A stretch of DNA of 64,000 bases from the human T2T-CHM13v2.0 reference genome, Homo sapiens: the NCBI RefSeq assembly GCF_009914755.1, contig NC_060933.1; one strand, given 5' to 3'. The position numbers and the translations under genes are program-made. Below the pieces are notes generated by a model. The model saw nothing but the letters and a program-made list of their open reading frames with translations, was not told the origin of the DNA and searched no databases. How positions within the stretch are numbered: position 1 is the first letter of the stretch; each line of letters opens with the position of its first letter. Below, in pieces: positions 34,611 through 48,779 of the stretch.

Positions 34611-35464
34611 TTGTCAGTAGCTGCAGCATCAACCCAGTGCCCTGACTTTCAAGACGACTATGAAAACACCCCAACTGCTGCTAAATTACCAGCAACAAGG
34701 ATCTGGTGAGTAAGTTATTTTGGGGAAGTCAGGTCTTGTCAGCGTGCGTCGAGTTTCTTGCAGTCCTGTGTGTCAGTCTTTCTTAAACCCCTCAGATACC
34801 CAGAACCTCTCTGTCTACTAAAAAGAACTGAACTATTAATGTCCCTCATAGAAGAAGAAAGGGAAACCGGCTCCTGTAAATGTGGGTCAGGAATCACCAG
34901 GGAGGTAATGACTTGGTCTGCTCTGTGTTCTCTGGCCCTCCTTGGTCCTTCCATGAAAGCCCTCTGTCAGGAGCCCTGCGTGGCCATGGAGTGATTGCCC
35001 TTTTGTTCTACAAATTCCTGGATATGACTCACAGAACCGTTTAAGCACGTCTCTCTTCATGTTCCTAGGAATTTTCCTGACAAGAGCAGTGCCTATCCTG
35101 AGGCAATCGTATTTCTCCTTGACTTCTCTCCAGTATCAGCTTGTTGCTTGACACCCCTGCACAGCCAACTGTGTAATGTGGGTGAGTCTAGCTGCATTTT
35201 CTTCAGACACAAGCCTGGCTACCCAGTGCTAAGGTGACATCAGGCCAGGCCACAGTAAGTCATTTATCCTCCACGCCTTCCTCTCCAGCCCTGAGTGAGG
35301 TGGAGTCCTTGAAACTATCACCATCCAGTGGAAATCAGTGCTGCACTTTCAGGAGGTTAAGCATGAAAAGAGCATAAAAGGTGCTATTACCCCGTGTCTC
35401 AGTAATTCCCCTTCTGGAAACCTTTTCTGAGGAAATGATGTGAAAGGATTCGGTCATAGTGGCT

Positions 35465-35690
35465 GGTAGTTACTGAGCACTCACTATGTGCTGACACTTA
35501 TAATTGCCAGGTATATATTGACTTATTTAATCATCATAACAACTCCAGGAGGAAGCAGTCAGGTTATCCCCATTTTTCAGATGAGAGAACCAAAGAACAG
35601 TGAGACAATTGTATGTATGTTCATGCTGCTTAAGTGTGTAGGAGCTGAGAGTGAGCCCAGGTAGTCTGATTTCACAAGTCCTCACTCTTG
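35465..35690 (-). mobile_element. MIR
   Basis: tactgagcactcactatgtgc...ccccatttttcagatgag. Confidence 0.72.
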
Positions 35691-36369
35691 ACTTCTATAC
35701 TAGTGTGGCCTCCATGCACAAAGCTTGATATAAATAGAAGAGGAAGAAGAAGAAGAATGAGGAGGGATGGGAGAGAAGGAAGAAGGGGAGCAGGAGAACA
35801 AAAGGAAGGAAAAGAACAGGACAGGAAGGAAGATTTAGAATAAAAGTTAAATTTATTGTTATTTATGATAGTGAAAATCTGGGCCAGGGCCATTTGGGTC
35901 AAGTATTCTGGCATTACAGGTACCCAGGGTATTCTGAAGAAAGAGAGTTCTATGGGTACAGCTGCCTTCTCACTCACTGGGGAGGAGCACAGTACTGAGA
36001 GTGGGGCTTACGTTTACAAAGTTGGTATGAAAATTAATAGGCATCTACATTCCTAGATGTCAATAAATAGAGTGAGAGTTGTTTGTTTGCTTGCATATTG
36101 GAATGGAGAAAAATAGGTCCAGTCCTAACAAACTTTAAATTACTTCTGCTCTTCCCTTCTTCCTGAACACTTTCATCTGTCCACATTACTATGCGAATTT
36201 TTTGATGCTGTCAATGGGAATTTTTAAAATAAGTATGTTGCTATGTCAAAAAATTTGGAAATTAAAAGATGTTGTTTTACATTCTTGGCACAAAATGCCT
36301 CAGGTTCAATCTTCTCAGAAAAATATCAGGCACATCTATCTAATACCAAAAAGTTTTCAGAATGGTTAT

Positions 36370-36780
36370 CCTAGGAATTCTCTTTCTGAAAATTTACTAT
36401 AGTGAACTAATTGACAAGGGGAGAACAATTTTTCACAGGAAGATAATCCAATATCACTTATAACAACAAATATTAGAAACACCTCAAATGTCCAATAGGG
36501 AAATAGTTAAGTATCTTAGGGTATATCTCCTCCATGGGATAGTATGCAGTCATTGGCAATGATAATTTCAAAGACAAAATGTTGCAAACTGAGAAAATGG
36601 TTAAAAGTAAAACACACAAAAATTATATAGAAATTATTACCATCAAATGATATACATTTTTGCATATAGACAGAGATACATTTTTTGCATGTAGACAGAG
36701 ACTGAAAGGCTGTACAGAAATTAAATCAGATTAATGATGATGGGATTCAAGATAGTTTTATTTTGATATGCTTGTTTCCA
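36370..36780 (+). mobile_element. L1ME-type 3' fragment
   Basis: ctaggaattctct; gaaacacctcaaatgtccaataggg. Confidence 0.5.
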
Positions 36781-37318
36781 CATTAAATATTACAAATTTA
36801 CAGATAAAAGGACAATGATAAAAGGACAAAGCATTGTAATGGGTGCAGTGCAAAAGGAAGTCTTGGGACAAGCAAGATGATAGACAGGAAGCTACTGCCC
36901 TAATCAGGTATGAGATCCTAGTAGTGAAGTTGAACAGTGATAGTAAGGGGAGGATTCCAGAGATAAGCTATAGTCAGTGAGAGTGAGAGGGAATCACTGA
37001 TATTCGAAAGTTTGTGATTTGAGCCTAACAATAGAGAATAACAGTACAGGAACAGGACTAGGGAGAATTTTGGAAACATTATATGTGGAGGTAACATAGA
37101 GACATTCTTTAAGCAATATCCAGTTGGAAGCTGGAATAATGTTTTGGAGCTCACAGCAACGTGTGACTCTGGTCCCCACGTGTCTACATGCGCAGAGGAT
37201 GATTTTGTATCCAAATAGAGATCTGAGCTCATGGTAATTCTTAATATACAAAGTATAGGACTCAGGCCAGCATATTACAGGTCAAGATTCACCTTAGTGA
37301 TTGCCAAACTTAGAGTTC

Positions 37319-37870
37319 TGTAATTGTTTTCTTTTGACAGATATTACTCCAAAACTTAGAAGCTTAAGCTTTTGTTATCTCACAATTTCTGTGGGTCAGG
37401 AATCCAGGTGCAGCTTAGCTGTTTGTCTCTAACTAAGGATCTCTCAAAAGGGTAAAATCAGGGTGTGAGATAGGGCTGCAGTTATCTCAAGAGTAATATT
37501 GGAGAGGATCTTTTTCCAAGCTTCCTCATGTGGCTGTTGGCAGGCTCAGCTCCTCACTGACTGTTTGCCAGTGACATCAGCTCCTTACCATTTGGACCTC
37601 TCCCTTCAGCAGTTTGAAACATGGCAGCTGGCTTCCTTCAGAGAGAGAAAGAGAAAGGGAGAGAAGGAGAGGGAGAGAGAGAACCCAAGAAAAAAGTCAC
37701 AGACTTTTTATAACCTAATATCAGAAATGACATTCCATTACTTCTGCTGTATTTTATTTGTTACAAGGGAAATAAGCCCAATTCACATTGAAAGACAGGG
37801 AGTCACAGATGGGGAGGAGCAGCAGGAGGTGGGGATTATTGGGGGTTATCTTAGAGGCCTCCTACCACCA
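37319..37870 (-). mobile_element. MaLR LTR (MLT1F/G-like)
   Basis: ccaaaacttag..gcttaa, ttatctcacaatttctgtgggtcaggaatcc, ends cctaccacca. Confidence 0.75.
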
Positions 37871-39244
37871 GTTTTGTGGAGGTAAATTGAAGTCATTCCA
37901 CACCATTACCATCAGCACCATCACTGCCATCTTTGCCATATTCGTTCACTACTTACTCTTTTGAAAAATATGGAGAAGTTGATTTTTGCAGAACTGCATA
38001 AAGTTAGCCTTCAAAGATCTCTTCAAAGCTATCCAGCTCAGAAACAGTAAATGCAGTGCAGTAAGCGTGTTGCCATTCTCCCTTTTCATGCTGCTGTCAG
38101 ACATAACTGATCATCCAATTCCCCCTCCCATATCCATGCTAGGCATAACTAATCATTTAAGCCCTTGAATGTTGTGAGCATACCCAAAGTCTTGAAGTAA
38201 GTAGCAAAACTGATATTTGAATTCTGATCTGATGCCAATATCAGTTCTCTTCCTGTTACTCACTGTCTACCTTTCAGCTCCACTCCTGGCAAGTTATTTT
38301 ACAGCTCCATTTCCTATGCAGTGTGACATAACAATTCTAATATTCGGGTGGTTGTGTGGTGAGTGTATATGTGTATACCCACTGGCATATTCTGTTGAAT
38401 AGAATTGGCAAAACAGTAATCCAGATCACAAGATCACACATGGACACACATATACATACGTACATGTATATTTGTATATATTTTTCTTTTTCCAGAAAGT
38501 GATTATGCCATTCCCATCCAATCTAGTCAACCCACACCAGTGTGAATACTAGCAAATTGTTCTTGCCAGTAGTGGAATGTGCAATGTGCCCAAGGAGATT
38601 GTCTAAAATTTAAAGGACAGAGACCAATACAAAGTATTCACTGCCTATATCCCCCTTACTTAGAATACGGTCTGCCATGCAATGTGCCGTAAACATCTGA
38701 TGAATTAGTGTGTGAATGATTACAGGAATGAAATCAGTTATTTTTCTACCATCAATCATTCAGGCACCACTTCACAGGTTTTGCCACACACCAGTGTTTT
38801 TTGAACTTAATATTTCTCTTTAAATCAATTAATTTTAAACCTAAATAATTTTTAAACAGAACCTGTAACTTGTTATCATCAATAAAAAAAGAGTTATTTT
38901 TAAATGACATAGCATATCTATTTTACAACATTCACAAATCACCTAGAAATCATCTTGCATAACACTAGGGGTGAGTGCACTGCACTAAACAAATGAATGT
39001 AAATCCCATAGCATGTGTCCATGTTTGGAGTCTCAGAGATGGCTGAAGAGGCCCTTTAAAGAACCAGTGGCAGTGCCTGCCAGGAGCCTGGCAAGAGTAA
39101 CTGGCCTCTTTAACCCTAGGAGAGACTGTAAAGTCTGTGAAATATCAGTGGAATTGGAAGAGGCGTGGTCAAGGCAGTGGCAGATGAGAATCCATTAAAA
39201 CATCCTATAGGGAGGCTGTTCTCACTTCCTGCCAGGATGCTAGT

Positions 39245-39800
39245 CACATTCACTCATTCATCCAGTACCTTTTCAGATACTACCATGAGCCTAGTCCTGA
39301 ACTAGGTTCCATGAAGACCAAAAGGAATAAGGCCCAATGCTTGTCCATCAAGAGCTCAATCTAAAAGAGAAGTAAGAAGTACAAAACAAACAAAAACCCT
39401 TCATGCACTTATAAATTCTCTAATAGGGTCATGCATAAGATGTTCAAAATACTGAGGAAGCAAATGCCGCTGCCTCAGAGGATACAGAGAAGAGGTAACA
39501 CCTGTTCCTCGATACAAAGAACAGGTATGTAAGGGCGCTCAGAGCAGAAACAGAATAGGTAAAGGCCTTGGAGGTGAAAGACAATGAGCATGACACGTGT
39601 GGCAATAGCAGTGAGTATACCAAAGGAAGTGGAAGGGGTAGAGGTTAACTATGAGAGCATGGGTTATGAGGGCTGCTTAGCTTGGTGAAAGAGTCTGGAA
39701 TTTATCCTGAGGGCAAAGGAGGTCATGAAGGATTTTAAGCAGAGGAATAAAGCAGCCAGTCGTATATTTTAGAAATGTCCCTCCAGCTGATGTCAGTAGT
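39245..39800 (-). mobile_element. L2 fragment
   Basis: cattcactcattcatcc terminus; gaatttatcctgagggcaa...gaaggattttaagcagagga. Confidence 0.7.
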
Positions 39801-40329
39801 ACAGACCGGGGATGCAAACTCGGTTTTCTCATCTGTGCAATGGTCTTTGTAAGCTACTTCAGAGGGATCACAGGAGAATTAACACCTCTGAGTGAAGCAC
39901 TTTGATTTCCACAGAGAAAAAGTCAAATACATCTATTAAGTTAAAATACTATCATCCTTGAGTTTCCATAATCTTTTCTCTGACCCTTCTCGCCCACATA
40001 AGCATACTGCCCCAGGAAAGAGTTTGTGAAAAGAATTCAGAAGAATGTAATCCTAATATACAAATTGTGCTATTGTTTATAACTAATCACAGTTAATGTG
40101 AGTAGAAAACAAGAAGAGTGCCATACACAGAGTAATTAGCTTTCCTGAAAAATTTATAGGAAAGGAAATTGGTTACAGAGGAACGGAGGTCTCAGCTTGG
40201 TCACTTCCTTTTTGGATTTGGGCAAGTCTCTTAGCTTTCTAAGCTTCACTTTTCTCAGCTCTAAAATGCAAAAATAAGTTTTGTGTTATAGATCTCTAAG
40301 GCTCTTCTAACAGAAGTTCTAGGTTTTTA

Positions 40330-40673
<344 letters not shown>

Positions 40674-40844
40674 TTAGTTATACAATCTCTTTGATGGTAA
40701 AACATAAAATAAAAAGTCACAACTTATACAGACAAGTATTAACAATGGATTGTTTTCACATATATTTAACTGAGTGTTAGTATAAAAATAAATCTTTTTA
40801 TACTAATATATGATGCACATTAATACAAGCAGAATTTTATCTAA

Positions 40845-41182
<338 letters not shown>

Positions 41183-41274
41183 AAGTGTGTGTGGTTTTCT
41201 TTTTGTTTTATACTAATTATGGTATTCTTGCTGTCCTGACCAAATTTTTATTAGTCACATTATCACCTTCTTCA

Positions 41275-41733
41275 TTTTGTTTTTACTTTTATTTTAGGTT
41301 CAGGGGTACATGGGTAGATTTGTTATATAGGTAAACTCATGTCAAAGGGGTTTGTTGTACAGATTATTTCATCACCCAGGTAGTAGGCCTAGTACCAAAT
41401 GGTTTTATTTTCTGATCCTCTCCCTTCTCCCACCCTCCATCCTCAAGTAGGCCGCAGAGTCTGTTGTTCCCCTCTATGTGTCCATGTGTTCTCATTATTT
41501 AGCTCCCACTTATAAGTAAGAACATGCAGTATTTGGGTTTGTTCATGCATTAGTTTGCTAAGGATAATGGCCTCCACCTCCATCTGTGTTCTTGCAAAGG
41601 AAATAGTCTCATTCTTTTTTATGGCTGCATAGTATTTCACGGTGTATATGTGTCACATTTTCTTTATCCAATCTGTCATTGATGGGCATTTAGGTTGATT
41701 CCATGTCTTTGCTATTATGAATAGTGCTTCAAT
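41275..41733 (-). mobile_element. Older L1PA (PA13-16 range) 3' end, truncated
   Basis: ttcaggggtacatg...gtttgttgtacagattatttcatcacccagg. Confidence 0.85.
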
Positions 41734-41879
41734 AAGATGTTCTATATTTCTTAATGGCAAGAGTTTCATAAGTATCTGGAATAAGAGCATTTGAGTCCAG
41801 AGAATGAGAAATGCAAAACCCTTAGAGCAGCAATGAGTTTTATGGGTTAGAAGAAAGTCAAAATGCCAATGTAGATATA

Positions 41880-43680
41880 GCACAATTCACCAATGGGGAA
41901 ATTAGTAGAAAATAAGATTAGAGAGGTAGGCAGTGGCTGGATCAGGTAATGCTTGGTAGGTCATTAAGAAGTCTGAATTTCATTCTCAGTAAAATGGAAA
42001 GCAATTGAAGTGATTTTAGGGACAGAAACACAATCCATTTTAAAAGGAACACTGGCTACTGGAATAGAGAAAAGATATGGGGAGAGGAAAGAAGGAAGAG
42101 TAGAAGCAATGAGATCAATTTGTAGGCAATTGTAGTCCAACAAAGAGAGCATGGTAGCTTAGACCAGAACTGTCGGATGGAGGGAAGTGAGATTAAGGTA
42201 AAGCTGATAAAACTTGCTGAGAGCTTAGGTGTAAGAAATAAGGGGAAATGAGAAATCAATAATGATTTCTAAGTTTTGAAAAAGACTGGAAATAATCAGA
42301 GTATTTTGAGAGGGAAGAAAAGATCAAGATTTCTGTTTTAGCTGTATTACATATAAGATAGATAATAGACATTCTAGATGTTTGGCAGGTAATTGATATC
42401 CCATATATCATGGAAGAATTTAGGACAAGAGATAGAAAGTTGGGGGTTATCAGACTGTATGAAATAATCCATAAACAAATGCAGGTGACGAGAAGACAGT
42501 AGAGAAACACACTGAATTGTCAGAGCAGGGATGGAGGAGCCAGCAAAAAAAAAAAAAAAATACTAAGATGGGTTGGCCAGTGAAGGAGAAGAAAATCTAG
42601 AACACACTATCACAGAAGTGAAGAGAACAGAGTATTGAGGAGAGAAAAAGTGAATAACTTTGTCAGAGCACCTGAGAGTTTAAGAGTAGCACTGATAATT
42701 GATCACTGGATTTGACATGTCACTGTTTGATGGCATTGATAATAACAGTTTTCAAAAAATGTTTTTGAAAGAATGGGAACTAACACCTGATTGGCACATT
42801 TTAAAAAAAGGATTAGAAATGAGATAGTGGAGAGAGCAAGTATGGATGGACAATTCTTTTCTCGAGTTTTGCTTTAACAGAGAGGAAAAACATATGGCAA
42901 GAACTAGAAGAGAATGTGAGTCAAGGGCGGGTTTCATTTTCTTAACATGGGAAACAGGATAGCATGCTTGTCTGCTGATGGTAATGATCAACAGAAAAGG
43001 AAAAAATGATCAAGAAGACAGAGGGATAACTACTACAGGAACAAAGTCCAAAAGAAAGAAGTCAGATGAGATCCAGTGCACAAGCAGAAGGGTTGGTCTT
43101 AGTAGAAGCATGAACAATCCCTATGAATAAATATATAAACAGGAGAAAGCTGGCTCTGGAGGTTGAGATGCAGATAGGTTGGAAAACTGGTAATGAGAAT
43201 ACACGTTTTTATCTTCAGATCATGACTATTTTCTTAGCTGGATAAGAAGCAAGGTCATCATCTGAGAATAAAAAGAAGGGGGCAGAGTAAGAAGGCTGAG
43301 AAATGCGAAGATTCCACTATGGTTGTCTTGGATAATGAGAGAATCAAAAAACGTGGCAAGGTTGCCAGGGAAAATAGAAAGTTCACTTGAGGTTTGTGGT
43401 CACAAATTTGAGGTTAGACCAGACAGTATGGTTGACTATTTTTCTCCCGTTCACTATCAGTGACCCTGCTGTAGGGACGAAATAGGCACGGTTGGGTTTG
43501 AGGACTGAGTTTGGCTGGCTGAGAATGACAGAAGGGCCAGAAAGGTGAGGATTTGCAAGAAGATGATTACAGCTTCAGATTCTGGAATCTAAGCTGAGTG
43601 GTGAGGAAGGAAGGAAGGCATAAAGGGATGGGGACTCTAAAAAGGAATGGGCTCAATGACCCAGAGGTGCAGATGTAGTC
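41880..43680 (-). mobile_element. Long L2 (L2a-like) fragment
   Basis: Continuous purine-rich L2 antisense: aggcaattgtagtccaa...ggtagcttagaccag; gagatccagtgcacaagcagaagggttgg. Confidence 0.75.
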
Positions 43681-43699
43681 AGAAATATATATAGACTAG

Positions 43700-43900
43700 G
43701 GATTAGAAAAGATCTGCCAGTTCCTACTTTGACACATTTGGGCAAGTTTCTTAGTTTTTTGCTCTCATTTTTCTTCATTTGTAAAGCAGGGAAAATAATA
43801 TCTACCTCATAAGGTTGATGCAACAAAAATATGTTAATTGCCTAGAATAATTAACATTTACAAAGAGATCTAGTACTGGCACACAGTATTTGCTGAAAAT
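43700..43900 (+). mobile_element. MIR
   Basis: ttgggcaagtttctta...cttcatttgtaaa. Confidence 0.65.
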
Positions 43901-45464
43901 CTTCTTAGTAAGGTTTTCTACTTTTGATGGTTAAGGCATTGGTATAATTTGAACTATGTCTACAAAATACCAAATATCTTTATAAAAAAAGAAAATTCTG
44001 GCAATAACTGGATTGTTATTTTACCCAGTTTGGAAAAAATCTGGATTATGCCAGTTCTTAAGAATTTATTTAAACATTGGGAATTGTATAAACATATTTA
44101 AGCCATTATGAGACCTTTGTCTCAGAGACTGTGGGGGAATGAGAGAGGTGGAAATAGGAGATGGGGTCATAGCTTCAATTTTAGGTATACATCCAAACTT
44201 TATAGAAAACAATCCTTTTTGTGTTTGCCTTACAAATCTCAAATCAACAAGTTCATCTTCATTGGTCTGGTATGTCAATGAGTTAAATTACACTTTCTGA
44301 CATATGTTCTAAGCTTCATAGACATATGTTCTAAGCTTCATAGAGAAAACTGCAATTCCATAATTACATTTCAAAGAGCAATCTATACCAATACCAATAC
44401 TAAATTTATTATCTCCTCCCTACGCTTATAGTGTCTTTTGTATTTTCTTTCTTGGTGTGTTGGTCCATCTCCCAAGCTAGAAAATCAAGAGATATTGAAG
44501 CTTCATCTTTCCTTTTTCTCTTACCTTCCACACCTGATTAATTGCCCATTTCAGGTGTCATTGCTACGTCCTAGGTAGCATAGCCTTTACACCTGCCAGC
44601 TCCATCTCCATGACACTATCTCTGCTCATCTTCGTCTCTCAACTGTATTCCTCACCAACCTTTACATATCTTCCTCTAATTTTTCTTCCTCTGAGCCAAT
44701 ATCAGTGGTATTTGACCTTAATCATGTTGCATCACTGACCTTTTGAGAATAAAATTTTTGACATTCTTTTCAGAAAAGAAAGCTCATGTGCACACAGACA
44801 TGGCTTTTCACCTACAAGTTTAAGGTATTCATCTCATCACATCTGTGGACTTCTTCGTGTTCAGGGATACCAAGTAACAAACTATAGCATCATCTCTGGT
44901 CCAGGGTGAGTTTTAGAAATTGCAGCTCTCACAGCACTCCCCTCCTAAGTAACTTCATGTCAGGTTGTTGCTGAAGTTAAGACTCCTCAGTGTAGACTCA
45001 AAGCCCATCCAACTGCTGCCCCAAATTTTTTTCCAGATGCAGCTTCTTACATCTATAACTGAAACACATCAAATGTAAAACTTGCCCTGTGTTTGATATC
45101 TCTGTTCTCTCCATGCCTATCATGGTACCCAGTACTGAGAAAATTTAATAAGCATGTTGGGACACAGGAAAGAAAGGATTTTTATTGATCCTGTTTTCCA
45201 GAGTAATATTCAAAAGGCAACATTCCCAAGAAGAACATGGGCAATGGCAAACATCTTTGGCAAATACTAATAACAACTTTACAAATCCGACTAATCTCTG
45301 TCTCCTCAGCTCCGCTCACTAGATCGATACTGGAATCTATTATTTTAGTGCATTTCCACCTCCACTCTCCAAACCGTATTTCCCCAGAGACTCTACAGTT
45401 CACTGATTTTTTAGCTTATTAAAGTCATACCACTGATTTCTCATTCTAAAATGTTCTTACAACA

Positions 45465-45700
45465 ATGTGGTTAAGAGAATGGGCTCTGGAGTGAGAAAGT
45501 CCAAGATGTGCATCTCTGCTTTATCAGTGATTAGCTGCATGACCTAAGGAACATTATTTAATACATGGGAGCCCCACTTTTCTCATATTTCTCATCTGAA
45601 ATATGAGTATAATATCTGTTATCTCAATAAATAAAATATTATTTTCAAATTGTTTATCACATTGCCTGGCACATAGTTAGTGGTTAATAAATATTAGATG
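45465..45700 (+). mobile_element. MIR
   Basis: gtggttaagagaatgggctctggagt...tgcctggcacatagt. Confidence 0.75.
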
Positions 45701-45814
45701 TTTTATACTAAAATATGATATTAAGGTTCCTTCTAAGCCCATGAGTCTATGATTGAAGCCAAATTATTAGTCCAGAACTCACTGGTATCCTGGGCAGGAG
45801 GGGGAAACCAACAA

Positions 45815-46060
45815 TTTCTTATTGAGCAGTTGCTATGTGCTTGGCTATTTAAAATTCATTGTCTGCTTATCTTCATAGCACTCCCAAAACAGTTTATTAG
45901 TAATCCCTTTTAAACATGAGGCCATTATTAGTTTATTAGTAATCCCCTGTAAACATGAGGCTACAAAGTTTAAGTCATGTGCCTAAGTTACAGAGAGAGT
46001 AGCTTGCAGAGCTGGGACTAATCACCTCCGTGTGTTAGAATCTGAGCTGTACAGAAGGCT
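45815..46060 (-). mobile_element. MIR with an internal 32-bp duplication
   Basis: ttattgagcagttgctatgtgc; agtttattagtaatccc.t.taaacatgaggc at 45891 and 45930. Confidence 0.65.
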
Positions 46061-46460
46061 TTGTCCTTAATCTCTACACTGCTTATGAGTAAACCCCCAC
46101 ATTACGTCTTTCACTGGAGATAGCACTTTTCTGTTGCTTCTCCTTCTGCCAAGATGGTGTTTTACATGGATGCTAAAACCAGGACTAGAGATCTGTTGCC
46201 TGTACAGAGCCCACAAAAGCCTAAACAAAAGAGTGGTTTGAAGGTCCATCTCTGCTTGGTGGTCTATAGTTTTTCAGTATTAATAATCAGTAGAGAACCG
46301 TTTCTAGAAAAACTGCAATGTTCCACTGAGTTCTGGATTAATGGTTTAACTGTAGTTATGGGGTTAGAAGAGACCTTAGGATCCTATCCAAAAGTCTGCT
46401 GAATTGATTAAAGCCAAACATTTAGAAAGATATGGCTTCATAGACAGTTTTCTTTAGGAG

Positions 46461-46605
46461 GTTCCACACCATGCTTTGAAAGTAAACCTCACCTTGTCTT
46501 AAAGATTCAGTGTTTTAAACCTGATACCCGAGAATCTCAACTTCCCTTTTACGGAATGGCTGAGACTTATCTGTAGAGGAGGCACACCCAGTTAACTCAA
46601 ATGCT
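46461..46605. repeat. 145-bp dispersed direct repeat, copy 1
   Basis: Ungapped match to 48780-48924 with 19 mismatches (~87%) by manual count. Confidence 0.92.
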
Positions 46606-47869
46606 CATCTGGAATAATTGCTCACAAGAAAGTGAGAATTGGATGATAAAGTTGAAATAACCATAACCGTTGAAGAAAGACGGCACTTCTCATTAATAAA
46701 ATCATCAGGGAAGGCAAAACGTTTGAGAGGTAAACCCCAAATATCCAGAACACAGACCTAGAAGAAAAGAGGGTACAGGAAGTCCAGGAGATCTTCAAAT
46801 GTGCCATTCTGATTTTTGCAGTGGTCAGTGATTACAGGGCGCATCGCAAGAGGTTGAAAGCTGAAGAAAACAGCGGGAGTCCATTAAAAGTTATCTGACG
46901 GGCTCAGCTTTAAAGATCATGAAAAAGAGATGGAAAGAAGGGCATGTAACCACAGAGTCAAATGGGAAAATGGTACAGAGGTGCCCAGAAAATCAATAGA
47001 GGAAGTTCTAAGGGGATCACCCTTGCTGGTTTATGCCTTCATCCAATTGTTTAGCAACATCGATTGAACATCTGGCTCTACCAGGAACTGAACAAAGACT
47101 TTCCCTCAAGTGTGAGCTTGAGCGTTAGGTTCTTCAGTTCCTTCTGATTCCCTGTGATCCAGCTCGTGCTTATTGTCTTTATTTTCTGAGTCTTGCCTCT
47201 ATGGCCCCCCTCCTCTCTGAAAGCAAGGCCACTTGAGTCGTGCCTTTCTGAATGAAGTCAATGTCTGTGCCAGTCAATGCACAATTGTCGCTTATGACCT
47301 TCCTGAGGTTTCCTGTTTCCTCCTAATACATTAGAAGAACAAATCAATAAAGTCTGTGTCCCAGTACCTTGGGTAACTGCCATCTTCATGGTTACATCAC
47401 TATCCAGGGTGACTGTGAAGCAGTGGGGCGCTTAACCCCAGGAGCAGTGGGAGGACTGGGTTGGGCTCATTGGAGTCTCACACAGGGATGGTGAAATGGC
47501 TCCTGGCTGATATAGAAGCACAAGACTCCCTCACCACATGGTGATTTGTATTCAGCAGCAGCCCCCTCCCTTGGCACCAGGCAGATGGGTCCCCAGGAGA
47601 GATCCAAGGAAGAAGGAAGGGGCTGTTGTCCTTGACAAGGAAACGATTGATGTCTCTGCTTTCTCACCCTCTTTAAATTGAGATGGGGACAAGATTAAAA
47701 GTTCAGGCAGGAAGCCAAGTGGTGATTTACAACACTGAGCAACCAGCCTAGTGTGTGAGGAAGCCTGTGGTCCATCTCTCAAGAAATGAGCTGCCTGGAT
47801 ATTTGAAATGTTCACTATTCTTGCTAGAATCTGGACATTAAGGCCCTGTCATGACAATAATAATGACAA

Positions 47870-48130
47870 AAATAGCAAGGAAAAATAAATAATAATAAAC
47901 CCGATATATTGTATGTTATATGCAATGTCCTGTATTTTATAATTGTTATCTCTAAATTCTTACAATGATAGTGAAAGGCAGGTACAATTACCCCCATTTT
48001 ATAGATAAGGTAACTGAGGCTCAGAAAAGTTAAGAAACTTGATTGAGGTAACACAGTTAGCAAGGAGTAGAACCAGGATTCCAAGCCAAGTAGCCCTGGC
48101 TCCAAATCATGTACTATTCTGTTGCACTGC
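47870..48130 (-). mobile_element. MIR
   Basis: cccattttatagataaggtaactgaggctcagaaaagttaag. Confidence 0.8.
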
Positions 48131-48162
48131 ATTGGCTGATGCATAACGACATGGTTGGCTTT

Positions 48163-48227
48163 TCTCAGGACATAGATACAGTTGAAGCACAGTCTCAGGA
48201 CACAGATACAGTTGAAGCACAGTCTCA
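48163..48227. repeat. 30-bp tandem duplication
   Basis: tctcaggaca(t/c)agatacagttgaagcacag twice. Confidence 0.95.
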
Positions 48228-48779
48228 AGTTGGTGTGACCACCTGCTTAGTTAAGGGTTCTCTGGGGTGTATGAAACTAGGCCAGGCCTCTTGTTGCTTA
48301 GGTGCCAAGGGTGATGGAGCTCACTCCCTCTGTCCTATGACACTGCAGACTTTGCTGTAGGAGCCTTTGCAGTCCCTTGTCCTGCCTTTGGCTTTGTGTC
48401 ATGTAGTGGAACCTCTTTCAGTTGTAAAGTTTTCACAGGGAGAGCAAAGCCAAAAATGGGGGTAGGAAAGGGGTATCAAGAACAGGCACTGAGAAATGTG
48501 TCTGACACTGACATCTCTAGCAAAAGTAAGGACAGTGGTGTCAAGGTAGGTCAAGGTCAGGTATCAAATGGACAAGATATCAACAATTTATAAACATTAT
48601 GTCCAGGATAAAAAAGGGAATGTATTAAAATAAATTAAAGGTAGATCTGAGGTCAGAGTTGTCAGGAAGATGAGACAGGTAATAATAAGACCAGTTAAGG
48701 GAAGTAGAAAGTAGGTTGTTCTAGAAACATGAGAACTTTCATGAATAGTTTATGACCATGCAGGGTTTCTCTGTAGAAA

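Noticed and set aside
37499-37885. 128-aa ORF
   Set aside because: Lies within an MLT1 LTR; chance frame.
38790-38990. Possible hAT-Charlie MITE
   Set aside because: Only a weak terminal resemblance; not supportable without a search.
48163-48227. 30-bp direct repeats as a CRISPR-like array
   Set aside because: Only two adjacent copies, no spacers, eukaryotic context.
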